A program made the position numbers and the translations under genes. This document shows positions 9,873-20,700 of a stretch of DNA of 32,000 nucleotides, in pieces. Each line of letters starts with the position of its first letter. Within the stretch, counting starts at the first letter, position 1. Origin of the DNA: Wallemia ichthyophaga EXF-994 (lineage: Eukaryota; Fungi; Basidiomycota); contig NW_008806283.1 of the NCBI RefSeq assembly GCF_000400465.1, positions 60,001 to 92,000 on the forward strand, given 5' to 3'. Under the pieces are notes generated by a model. That model saw only the letters and a list, made by a program, of their open reading frames with translations. It had not been told where the DNA came from and searched no databases.

Positions 9873-11018
9873 TTAAGACAACGGATCATTAAAAATTTCA
9901 TTCAGTTCATTCATTTGCGGTAGATCATTCGGCATGTTAAAGTCTAAGAATGAGTCGTGGTGTTCTGAAGGTGGTGGTGGTTGAGTGGGTGGATTAGGAG
10001 GGTTACTTGAAGGTGCTGGTGTGTTTCCTGTATTTCCTGTATTTCCTGTATTTCCTGCGTTACCGCTGCTACCAGAATTCCCTATACCTCCTACACCACC
10101 TACACCACTCGCACTCGGCTGCTCCGCGCTGCTTGGAGTGCTGTTATGTTGCTGGTTATCGATATTCGCCAATATCTCACTTGGTGTGATGGCAGGCGAC
10201 TGATTCTCCTGCGATGGCGTCGCTCCTCCGTCGTCGTTATTGAACGATTCATCATCATCCTCCCTGGACCTCCTCTTCTTATTAATCCGCTTGTTCTGTC
10301 TGGTTACGCGCTGCTTGGGCGATTCGTCCGCTGGCGAGTATCCGTTAATTTGTGGCTGGTAGTGTGATGTGTGTTGGGCGTGTTGGGCTTGCTGTTGCTG
10401 TTGCTGAGCTTGTGCCTGCGCTTGTGCCTGTGCATGCGCTTGCACTTGTGCCTGCACTTGTGCATGCTGCAAATGGGGTGATGGTTGTGGATGGTGGCCT
10501 GGCATCGGTGGGGGCGGCATAGACGGCATTCCCATACCCATACCCATCCCCAAATTCACATTCATTCCAGGTCTCATCATTGGCGTGTTGTTTGGGTTCG
10601 GTGTATGCTGGGCATTGTTGTGTGCATTCGGCGTTCCATTTACTCCTCCTGGTCCCCCTGCTCCTCCTGCTCCACTCGCTCCTCCTACGCCCCCGGCATT
10701 TGGATGCCCCGGATATGGCCGTGGCTGTACCCTCTGCTTCATCATGTACTTCTTCTGTGAAATATCATACCGCTGTTGGAGATTATAGTTTATTTCATAG
10801 TAATTCGGTGATCTAAATTGATTTTGATACTGCAGCTCAAGATTTATCATAAACCATTCAAATAGATATGATTTCGGTGTATCTATCTTAACCGTAGGCT
10901 CTGGCAGCGCATTTTGTATCGGCTTCGATTGAGTTTCCGCGAGGAACTGCTGGGCTGTTTTGACTAAATTATTTTTATACAGATAGTCATATATGTAGCC
11001 ATTTAGTTCTTGATTCAT
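9873..11018 (-). CDS. LisH/LUFS-domain transcriptional regulator (Flo8/Mss11/Som1/SSDP-like) with Q/P/G-rich low-complexity tail
   Basis: ELNGYIYDYLYKNNLVKTAQQFLAE (LisH) followed by IDTPKSYLFEWF. First in-frame ATG is at 11018; the ORF track start at 11069 is a TTG. An upstream exon cannot be excluded. Confidence 0.75.
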   Translation of the reverse strand: MNQELNGYIYDYLYKNNLVKTAQQFLAETQSKPIQNALPEPTVKIDTPKSYLFEWFMINLELQYQNQFRSPNYYEINYNLQQRYDISQKKYMMKQRVQPRPYPGHPNAGGVGGASGAGGAGGPGGVNGTPNAHNNAQHTPNPNNTPMMRPGMNVNLGMGMGMGMPSMPPPPMPGHHPQPSPHLQHAQVQAQVQAHAQAQAQAQAQQQQQQAQHAQHTSHYQPQINGYSPADESPKQRVTRQNKRINKKRRSREDDDESFNNDDGGATPSQENQSPAITPSEILANIDNQQHNSTPSSAEQPSASGVGGVGGIGNSGSSGNAGNTGNTGNTGNTPAPSSNPPNPPTQPPPPSEHHDSFLDFNMPNDLPQMNELNEIFNDPLS

Positions 11019-11692
11019 TGAGGCAATCTGGGTGTAGGTGGGTGATCGCTCTTGATGGTTCTTGGTCAAGTGTACAAATAATTGTTTGGGGGCTGAATTT
11101 CGAGGCTATGGGTAGCTAGTAAGGCTTGCAGTAATCGCAAACTTCTAAAATCCTTACATCTCCACTTTCTCACCCGATTCGGCGCCGTTTTCAACTGCTC
11201 GGAGGTCGGACGAGCATGACGAAATCGTACTGAATATAGACACATAAACAAACACACAAATATACAAAATACTTATACAGACTTGCAAACTCTATGCCGT
11301 TTTCATACTTCGGTAGCACTTGCTGATATCGTTCGGATTTGTGGAGGTGTTCGAGTGGAGTACGTTGAGTCGTTGGATCTTGTTTAGTCGACTGCACGGG
11401 AGGCTGGAGAGTGAAATTAATGCACACACACATACACAGCACGCAGCATACAGTACAAGAAAAGTGTAGCAAAAAAATCATGTATACGAGTAAGTTTAGG
11501 TTTAAGTGCAACTTTCAGTGCAAGTCTGTCCCTCCTCCTGAAGAACTGAGCTTGCAAATGCCAAACAGAGTTGAGTGAGAGAGAAAATGGCAGCGTCCGA
11601 GATTTGTACAGATGAAAACGAGGCGATGAGCTGATGAACTGCTGAGAAGAGCAGAGAGAATGAAAAGAATCTAATAAAATCACAACACCACT

Positions 11693-12931
11693 CTACTGCG
11701 TTGGATTGTAATACGCCATTGTAGCGTTCCCCGCGTTAGGATCGGTTGGGTTAGAATTGGCGACGATATCGTCCGTGGCGAGCGCGAGCAGGCGAGACTG
11801 AAGACTCCCTGCATCCATATCGCCTTCGTTGCTAATAAGGGTAGCGAGCAACCCGCTCACGATAGGTGCCGACATGCTACTACCGCTGAGGTAGAGGGTA
11901 GCCTGATCGTCTGCGTTACCCGCCGACAGAATATCGACACCAGGAGCGTAAAGACCGACGCAATCCCCATAGCTCGAGAACGGAGCACGAGTGTCGTCGA
12001 TATTGGACGCTGCCACCGTGATAGCGGAGCTGACTCTGGCTGGCGACGAAGCGCAAGCGTCTTCATTATAATTACCAGAAGCAACTACGAAATGAACTCC
12101 GGCGGCAGTAGCGCTGCTTACGATGCTATCCATAGCATTGCTCGCAGGGCCTCCAAGACTGAGAGAAGCAATGCTAGGTCTGTCAGAGTTCTTAGCAGCA
12201 TTTGCCGCCCAATTAACACCAGCGAGTACATCACTCGCCTTGCCTTGCCCATCAGCGTTGAGAACCTTGACGCTGATCAGCGACGCTTCTTTCGCCGTCC
12301 CGTAGGTGGCACCGCCGATGAGGGCGGCGACGTGCGTACCGTGGTGCACCTGGTCCGTGCCATCGCCTGATGTGCCGTTGTAGCCATAAGATGCGCGGCC
12401 GCCGAATTCGGTGTGCGATGTACGGATGCCTGTGTCGATCACATACACATCCACTCCAGCTCCCGCGCCAGTCCAGCTGTATGTGTAGTCTTGCGCATGG
12501 GGCGACGCATCCGCTGGCAGTGCATTGCGCTGGTTTACCCGCTGCAGATTCCACGTCGCATCGCTCTGCGTCGCGTACGCTTCAACTGGCACATCCTCCT
12601 CCATGTCGGCTATGTCTGCGAGGAGGGTGTCGAATAGGTTGCCGAGCAGCTGCAAAGGTGTGTTAGAATTTTTCTGTAGTGCGCAGCAATTTCAACTCAC
12701 CCCACTTCCCATAGACAGGGCGTAGCCGTTGAAAAAACCATCGTACTTGTGGTTGATGGTGCTGTGCTCTCCGAGTAGCCCCTCGAGCATGCTATAGTGG
12801 GCATTTTGGTCGGTGTCTTCTTTGAAACTCATTATGTAGTTCCCTTCACTCACTCCTCCGCCAAGGCTCAGGCTGTCGAGAAGACTGGCACTGGCAGCGG
12901 CTGCGAGTGTGAGGATGAATGGAATGCGCAT
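11693..12931 (-). CDS. Secreted subtilisin-like serine protease (S8A, proteinase K type) with I9 propeptide, about 395 aa
   Basis: Signal peptide MRIPFILTLAAAASA. Phase-0 intron 12650-12700. Catalytic motifs VYVIDTG, HHGTHVA and SGSSMSAP, plus oxyanion Asn in ASGN. Confidence 0.95.
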
Positions 12932-13195
12932 CGGTTGTTTCTGATGTTTTGAAGGGAGTAATGGAAGCAATGGGAGCAATACGAGCAATATCAGTAATTC
13001 AATTAAACCGCAGTGCAATTTAACCGAACCAGCCGTCACGTCACGTATTAATTTTATCCTTATTGGGAAAGTGATATGCATAATAAATAAGGCGTGAGCA
13101 GCGCTAGATGTTTCCAAGCGTGATTTGGAGGTATCCTATATGGTGCTGCGGAAACAGGAAAAACTTCACTACAATGCTTGCAAAGACAACAATTC

Positions 13196-13572
13196 TCACA
13201 CAGTCGAACCGAGACCCACGATTCCCATTGGTACCGCAAACCCCTTGGCTTGGCCACTGCCCTGGATTTGTCTCTTCTGACGGTATTGATCATGTTGTGC
13301 GCCAGGAGCATCCATCCAGCTATGAGGGACGGGCGCACCATTAGTTCCGGATGCTCCCGATACCTCCGACTTTCCAAACAACTTCTTCAATTTGAGTATA
13401 AATTTGCTCGGTTTCTTCCAAGTAGTCGTTGGTGGATCGACGTTGTCTTAATATTTCCCTCAAGTCAGAAACGAAACATCAACACAAAAACACACCTACA
13501 ATTAACGTAATAGTATCGATTAGTAGTGTAGTCAAATAATTTATTCCATCCAGCGGGCAGTGAAGGTGACAT
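13196..13572 (-). CDS. Small single-WW-domain protein (107 aa)
   Basis: Exon 1 is 13572-13500, intron 13447-13499 (gtaggt...ctgac...taag), exon 2 is 13446-13196. The splice reconstitutes LPAGWNKLFDYTTNRYYYVNYNVDPPTTTWKKP, a complete W...YYxN...TTWxxP WW domain. Not recovered as one ORF by the track. Confidence 0.75.
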
Positions 13573-13585
13573 TAGCGGTGTTGAA

Positions 13586-15325
13586 TTATACGAGAGAAGA
13601 TGAACGTTCGGTGATGACGAAAGGTTCTGGTGAGATGGGCGAGTTGACGCCTGAGGTGTAATCGAAGAAGGTGGTGTTGGTGTTATTATGACCGCTGAGA
13701 TCCAGTCTCGGTGGGACATGCACACCTCTCCTGACTTCCTCCGCCAGCAGCAGAGTCTCTTCCGTAGAATCAGGCTGCTTGTTGTAACGCGGTGGGCCTT
13801 CCTCATCCTCCACCTGCGTCCCTTCGTCCGTGTACAGCTGGCTATATGCGGGCAACTGTGAGGGTGGAAGGAGACCTTTGCTTTTGAGTAGAGCCAAGCG
13901 CTGCGCTTGCACTTCGAGCATGCTATCGTTCGAGCGTCTGCTGAACCACACCGGTATGGTAATGTCAATGCTCTCCCCCCGCCATTCACCGTCTCCGGGA
14001 ATCTTGCGCACAATATTGAGTATAAGCCGCAGCGCGTGTCTTATTTTTACATACGGCGTCTCGCAGTCAGGGTAAGGGGATGAGGTGGCAGCGTGTGAGT
14101 GTGAATGTGGGTGCTTGTCCGAGTCAGTTTCAGTGTTGTTGTGTAGCTCCTGACCCTTTGTCTGACCTCCCTCACGCTCCCCCTTGGTGGGCATGGGCAA
14201 GGTGAGGGCGATGCGTGCGGTGAGCTTCCCCCCAATATCTACGCCCTCCTCACCGAACGTATGCGTCGCAAAAGCCGCTGTGGCAGGCGGGGGACCTACG
14301 CCACGTGCGACTAGGCGTGAGCGCGTGTAGGATGTGGGGACACTGCTTATCCCAAGCGTGTTAGCTATATCGCTCAGCGCGTGTTCCTGGTATGCGTGAG
14401 CAAACGGGATGAGTGGGTATTGCGGTGGTTGGCATTGTGGGAGCGGGTATGTGGCTAGATAGCGTTGACGTGGTTCTGAAGTGTAGTGTATCTCCTCGAT
14501 GCAGCCAAGTTGGAGACTTTCGAGACGCGCCTGTGTCGCGTGACCATTTCCATTTCCATTTCCACCTGCATTGCGCCTGCTCCCATTATCACCGCTTTCA
14601 CAATTATCGCCCTCCTCATCACTCACAAGCCCCGTAAATATATCCAACTTGAGCTCGTCGTCGTCGGTGAAATACCACATGGGCGTCTTGATCCCAATAC
14701 GCACGGGTTTGAAGTCGCGTGTGTCGTGTGTGGGGCATTGCGACTTTATGTTGTGCACGCGTGAGCGGAGGTGCTGATTGCGGTGGCGGCTGATGAATAT
14801 CTCACACTCAGGCGCGAGCACAGTGTGTTTCTTGATGGAGTTGTTGAGAGGCCAGAGGAGCGAGTTGCGTTTGTTCTCAGCAGCTTCAACGGTGGACTCC
14901 ATCTTTGCGAATAAGGAGTAAGAGGTACGTGAGGATGGCAGGGACATACTTGGTGGCAGCCAGCCATTCAAACGTAGATCAAAGACGACAGAAACGTTGA
15001 TTGGGTGTTCTGAGTCATTCTCGAAAGTGGAAGGCTCGCTGCCCCGCTTAATGATCTGGTCAGAATTGTGAGCTAGGCGGTGAGAACTGAGTCTGCCTTC
15101 AGCATCGCTGTACTGGGAGCAGCCTTGGAAGGTGACAGAGAGCGAGTGTATCCGGAGCTTCTTGCGCTGTAGAGGAGGGATAGAAATGATTATATTGCCA
15201 GAAAGGCTGTACTGCGAGCACGTTCTGGTGGTTCCATGCATGCTGATATGATTCGAATCAGGGATGAGGCTGATATTCATGTTGGGTGGATTGCTTGGGT
15301 TGTTATAATACGAGAACTCATACAT
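13586..15325 (-). CDS. Arrestin-related (alpha-arrestin-like) adaptor with PY motifs
   Basis: N-terminal beta-rich segment (YSLSGNIII...LRIHSLSVTFQG, VVFDLRLNGWLPPS, SYSLFA), PYVKIRHALRL, and motifs PPQY, LPAY and PPRY. The start could be 15325 or the second Met at 15280. Confidence 0.65.
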   Translation of the reverse strand: MYEFSYYNNPSNPPNMNISLIPDSNHISMHGTTRTCSQYSLSGNIIISIPPLQRKKLRIHSLSVTFQGCSQYSDAEGRLSSHRLAHNSDQIIKRGSEPSTFENDSEHPINVSVVFDLRLNGWLPPSMSLPSSRTSYSLFAKMESTVEAAENKRNSLLWPLNNSIKKHTVLAPECEIFISRHRNQHLRSRVHNIKSQCPTHDTRDFKPVRIGIKTPMWYFTDDDELKLDIFTGLVSDEEGDNCESGDNGSRRNAGGNGNGNGHATQARLESLQLGCIEEIHYTSEPRQRYLATYPLPQCQPPQYPLIPFAHAYQEHALSDIANTLGISSVPTSYTRSRLVARGVGPPPATAAFATHTFGEEGVDIGGKLTARIALTLPMPTKGEREGGQTKGQELHNNTETDSDKHPHSHSHAATSSPYPDCETPYVKIRHALRLILNIVRKIPGDGEWRGESIDITIPVWFSRRSNDSMLEVQAQRLALLKSKGLLPPSQLPAYSQLYTDEGTQVEDEEGPPRYNKQPDSTEETLLLAEEVRRGVHVPPRLDLSGHNNTNTTFFDYTSGVNSPISPEPFVITERSSSLV

Positions 15326-15556
15326 AAGATAAATAAATCAGCCAAGCGCGTGCTGACAGCTATGCACGCGTCGACAGCCCATACGTACGTCAACCAATCT
15401 CCGCGTTGACAGCGAGATTGGAATTTAAAATAACAGTGTACAATACACATACGATTTATTTGAGTGAAATAATTTTCATTTTCAGAGCCACAGCCATGGC
15501 CCTATTAGCGTGTCTCTCACCCACTCAGCCAACACAAAAAAACTCAAACAAACGCA

Positions 15557-16291
<735 letters not shown>

Positions 16292-16413
16292 GTTAAATAC
16301 ACTTTATACCCTCTTTTCTTTCCATTCTCACAAATTTTCACAATATTCAATCTTTTAATCTTTTTTTGTTAAATGATTACATTCTAATATTCTTATTTAA
16401 CACATTATAAAGC

Positions 16414-16707
16414 CTACACGGCTCTTTCTTTCGCTGACATGGCCTGGATTACATGTTAGCTGGTCATAGCTACCGTAAGACAACCCACCTCCATCTTCTC
16501 TCTCTCCTTTCTATTGTGATCCACTTTCCTCTTAAGATCTGGCGACAGCTTGTTGTACAGCTCCTCGTCGCTCGGCGTGAGTCCAACCATCAATCCATAT
16601 CCACTTCCCATGACTTTTGGCAATAAGCAACAAACACACAGCACACAGCTTACCCACTCACTCACGCTACTCCAGAATGCCCAACGTCCCCAAGCTATTT
16701 TAACCAT
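16414..16707 (-). CDS. CBP4: Cytochrome bc1 assembly factor Cbp4-like, about 66 aa, 3 exons
   Basis: Spliced product MVKIAWGRWAFWSSVIMGSGYGLMVGLTPSDEELYNKLSPDLKRKVDHNRKEREKMEAMSAKERAV has one TM segment followed by the TPxxEELxxxxxPDL motif. Confidence 0.7.
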
Positions 16708-16752
16708 TTGAGCGTATCAGATGAGGGTAATTTGTACACGCTATCAAATCAT

Positions 16753-17577
16753 TTATCTTGTTTGTACCTTTGCAAGCTCAACGATTGCAGCTCTAGCGAC
16801 AATATGGTCAAGTAAGCCACTTGGGAGGCCAGAGATGGATACTGCCCCAATTGGTCCAGCCACTCCCTTGATATTGATGGGAAATGAACCACCATCTGCG
16901 CTGAAAGACGGGAACTTATTCTCTGTAAATGCATTCATTGTATTCGTCGCCTTCACTTTCATCTTCTCCTGCGACTCCTTAATACGCAAATTGCGCATGA
17001 CAACACGCCCAGTTGGCCCATCTTCAAACACCACCGATGGGAAAACCGCAGAAATGAGATCTTGCAGCTCCTTCCTCGTCATGACTTTAACGCCTGTAAA
17101 ATTCATAAACTGCTGGTACGCCTCGACAAATTCAGTGAGGGGTACTGCGCTGTCACCGTTGAGATCCTCGCACAGAAGCGCATTGAGATACTCAGTGCTA
17201 CGTGCTGGTTCCGAGTTTATCCCTCTTATCACTCCAATTTCCCCATCGGGAAGTGTGTACCTTCCAACGGCGTGGTGCTTCGCTATCAGCGCTTGTCCGT
17301 AGAGATAAGACGACTGGTGGTATTTCTTGCTGATTGCAAGCTTGCCATTCAGCCAATCGTAGTTGGCTGGCGTCACCTCACCGAGAACCCCAGAAGCCAA
17401 CTCTATCCCGTTGAACAAACGCACCGCAAACACTATCCCACTCCCCTCAAAGTTGAAACTGCGGATCGTGTCGGCGATGAACCACGCATCGACACTGTCG
17501 AATTTGTTCAGCGCTATCTTGTCATCTGCTTTCAGTTGCGCGAGTGTTGGGTTGTATTGCTGCTGCTTTACATTCAT
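16753..17577 (-). CDS. GlcG/HbpS-fold (DUF967/YBR137W-like) protein with an inserted RFX-like winged-helix region; intronless
   Basis: N-half FDSVDAW...NYDWLNGK...SSYLYG and C-half GGSFPINIKGVAGPIGAVSISGLPSGLLDH flank an insert of about 110 aa. Confidence 0.75.
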   Translation of the reverse strand: MNVKQQQYNPTLAQLKADDKIALNKFDSVDAWFIADTIRSFNFEGSGIVFAVRLFNGIELASGVLGEVTPANYDWLNGKLAISKKYHQSSYLYGQALIAKHHAVGRYTLPDGEIGVIRGINSEPARSTEYLNALLCEDLNGDSAVPLTEFVEAYQQFMNFTGVKVMTRKELQDLISAVFPSVVFEDGPTGRVVMRNLRIKESQEKMKVKATNTMNAFTENKFPSFSADGGSFPINIKGVAGPIGAVSISGLPSGLLDHIVARAAIVELAKVQTR

Positions 17578-17672
17578 TGCTGTGGAAAGTGAGTGTGTGG
17601 AGTGATGCGTCTTCTGAGTTTGTGTGTGAGTGTGCGTTATGAACAGGTGATGTGGGCACGTCCACCACTACT

Positions 17673-17683
17673 GATAAGCTATC
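17673..17683. promoter_or_regulatory. Inverted GATA pair (GATA-agc-TATC) about 95 nt upstream of the DUF967 gene
   Basis: Sequence ctGATAAGCTATCg contains TGATAA on one strand and CGATAG on the other. Confidence 0.3.
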
Positions 17684-17756
17684 GTTACCCGAGCAACCCG
17701 ACGAGTGAACCCAACTTAGAAAAAATAAATGAATATCAATTGGCTAACAAAAGTCC

Positions 17757-20700
17757 TTAGTTGTAAACTTGTAATGGATGTAAATGATCGGCATTAAAGA
17801 GGAAATTACCAGACATGTCCTCGGCTATTTGTAATCTCGTTAGCACACATATAATATCTTTATTATCCACTCACTCTCTAAAAACTTGGTAGGGTACACC
17901 ACCAAATTCCCCTTGAGCCGATTAAGCAGCTTCTCCATTGCGTCGATTTCACTCCTCGTATACCCTCCAGATTCAGCCGTCATACTTCCATTACGCATAT
18001 TTCTCCGGCTTCTCTGTGGCTTTTGCGCATGTGTATCGTCTTCCCCATTACTCCCACTACCCGCACTCGTCATCCCATTCAAATACTTAGAAGACGTCCC
18101 GCTGTTTGACCTCTCCATACTCTCCTCCACGATCGGCTTCTTGTGTTTCTCAGCCATCATGCTGAAGTTCTTGAACTGCCTCCAAGTAGTCACCGTATCA
18201 TCTGGCGTGCAATGGAACACTTTGCGATAGATTTCCGTGTTATATATCGCTGAAGCTATCCAAATGTCCTCAAAGAATTCCTCCGAACACGGATCCACAA
18301 AACTATCCTTATCGAAATCTGGTCCTAGGAATGGCATAGAATAGGTATTGCCTCTTGTCAGTGCCTGCGTCGATCTCCTACTGCGGCGCTCGTTCGTTAT
18401 CGCCGAACTAGTAGTACTGAATCCTCTCGACCGAGTCCGCCTCTCAAGGTTACTGCCACCGCTCTTGTCAGCCGCAGATACAGCCTCCCCATTCTCACGT
18501 TTATCCGCTTGGTCCTGCTCCACCTTTTTCGCTATACTCCCATCTTCCGCCATCTCCCCCTTGATTTCGTGATAAGACTTTTTTAGCGCACTCTGCAACC
18601 TGTCTATTGGATCAGTTATTTGCAGATCCTCTGCTGCTACATTAGTAGGGTGTCTGTCGTCCTTTGTATGCACGTGGTCGTGCTCAGGCGCCCAGTAATT
18701 AGTTCCTTCAGTATTTGCGATCCCTGGCGTGTTAGGATCGGTTGGTCCAGCTGGGGGTGCTGAATTTGTTGATTCAGCTGCTGCTGCTTCTGCTGCTCTC
18801 CCCTTAGCCATCTGCTCATTCATATGAAGGTCGTCGACATCAATACCGAGATGCTCTCTCATCAATCTTATTCTCAAAGTGTGATTAAATCTCCCAACTT
18901 TGTACGGTCTGCCAGCCATCTCTGAATCTATCATATCAGTGTCGCGGATAATGGAAGCTAACTCCGAATCTCTGTCACCGCGCTGACTGCGCTCGTTGAT
19001 ATTTGCACTTCCTATTATTGTCAATCGATCATCGACAGTCATCGTCTTGGCGTGAATGTAAAGAATCTCCGAAGTGAGGTTACCTGATTTGAATTTACCC
19101 CAGTTGCGCAAACTGAAGAAGGTTATGTAGTCGTCAGGATCAATACCCTCCTTGCGAAGTCTAGCAAAGATCGATTGTGCACCGCGACAGATGGATCTGT
19201 TCTGACAGTCAACGATCAGTCTTACAGATGAAGCTGCAGGGTTGTCTACCGACTGGGAATAGCCTGGCATGAGAGGAATAATGATACAGGCCCTCCACGT
19301 TGTGTTCTCGCGATGTGCGCGAATGATGCGGTTCACTAAAGCATCCCCAATCTGATTCTCAATCACTGTAGTATCCACAATGGTGGATGTAACAAAGAAT
19401 TGATTTTCGATATAGACAAAGTGTTCACTTTTCTGTATCGCCTTGACGTAGGCATTTTGAATCGAGTGCTCGATCTTATCAGGTGTTCCAATCGACCATG
19501 GTCCACAAGAGCGACATATTTGCATCTCGAGTGTACCATTCATCTTTTGCATTTCGAGATCACGGTTGCTGAGGTCGTTTGGTGGTAACAGGAAGGGAAG
19601 CTCGCGACTGTGGTGCTTTGTTCGCAAAAGATAGTTCCAGCGCTGAATGAAGTGGCGCGAAAGATCACGCGCTGGTTGACCAATAAGCTGCAAGCCCACA
19701 TCATGCCATGGCATGCGAGGCGTAGTGCTTCTATCGAACATATCCTCGTATGGCTTGTTGAGGTCGCGGAAATCAGATACACCTGGTATTGAAATAAGTT
19801 TGACATCAACACCATTTACTTTTCAACTTACGTGCATTCGAGTAGTCTTTTCCTGGCCAGATATATTCATCTCCGTTTTCACCTCCCTCATCGACACAAA
19901 TGTGCTGTGGAGTGTCCCATCTACCGAAACAAAGATCTAAGCCACCCATAAATACCATTGTCTGATCAACTACACATAGCTTTTCGTGGTGCGAGAAGTA
20001 CAATACACCTGTGGTGATATGTGAAGGAGATCTCTGAACCATGATGTTCTCATTCAACGAACGCAGTTTTTGTTTCGTGTAGTTTGAGTCGATAGGCGTA
20101 AACTCATTTGAGACTTCTCTATACACAATAACGTAAATTTTGACGCCTTCTGCTGCTTTCCTTTGAAGGAGATTTGTAAGGGTCCATTTAGGATGACCTG
20201 GCCTGCGCAGCTGCAGCTCAGGCGATAACCACCAATCGTGAATATATATACTTTCCCGGGCTAATGAAACTGCACGAGACAGCTGCCAGAAGTAGTCGCG
20301 TCCATCAATAAGCCATTGTGCACTGACGTTGAGACGAACTGGTGCGAATGAGTCAAATCTGTGAATCTTTGACCATAGTGTGTTATTTTTCATCATCATC
20401 ATGCTCTGGATAAACTGTTCCATTTGTCTTTCGTTTTTTGCTACGAGCTTCATCCTTCTTTCTGCATTGCGGATATAGAATGTGTGTGTTGAGGTATCTT
20501 TAGTCTTGCTCTTTTTCACTTCATTTGAGACGGCGAATTGAGGGTCAGAATCAACGGCATGCTCATTTATATTCTGCTGCTGCTGCTGCTCCAATCTAGC
20601 TTCCTCAACACTATCGTCACGATCATGTTCTTGTGAGCTTGATGGACGTGTTTCAGTGCTCTTCATCGTATCTAACCTGGAATCCTTAGGTTGAGAAACT

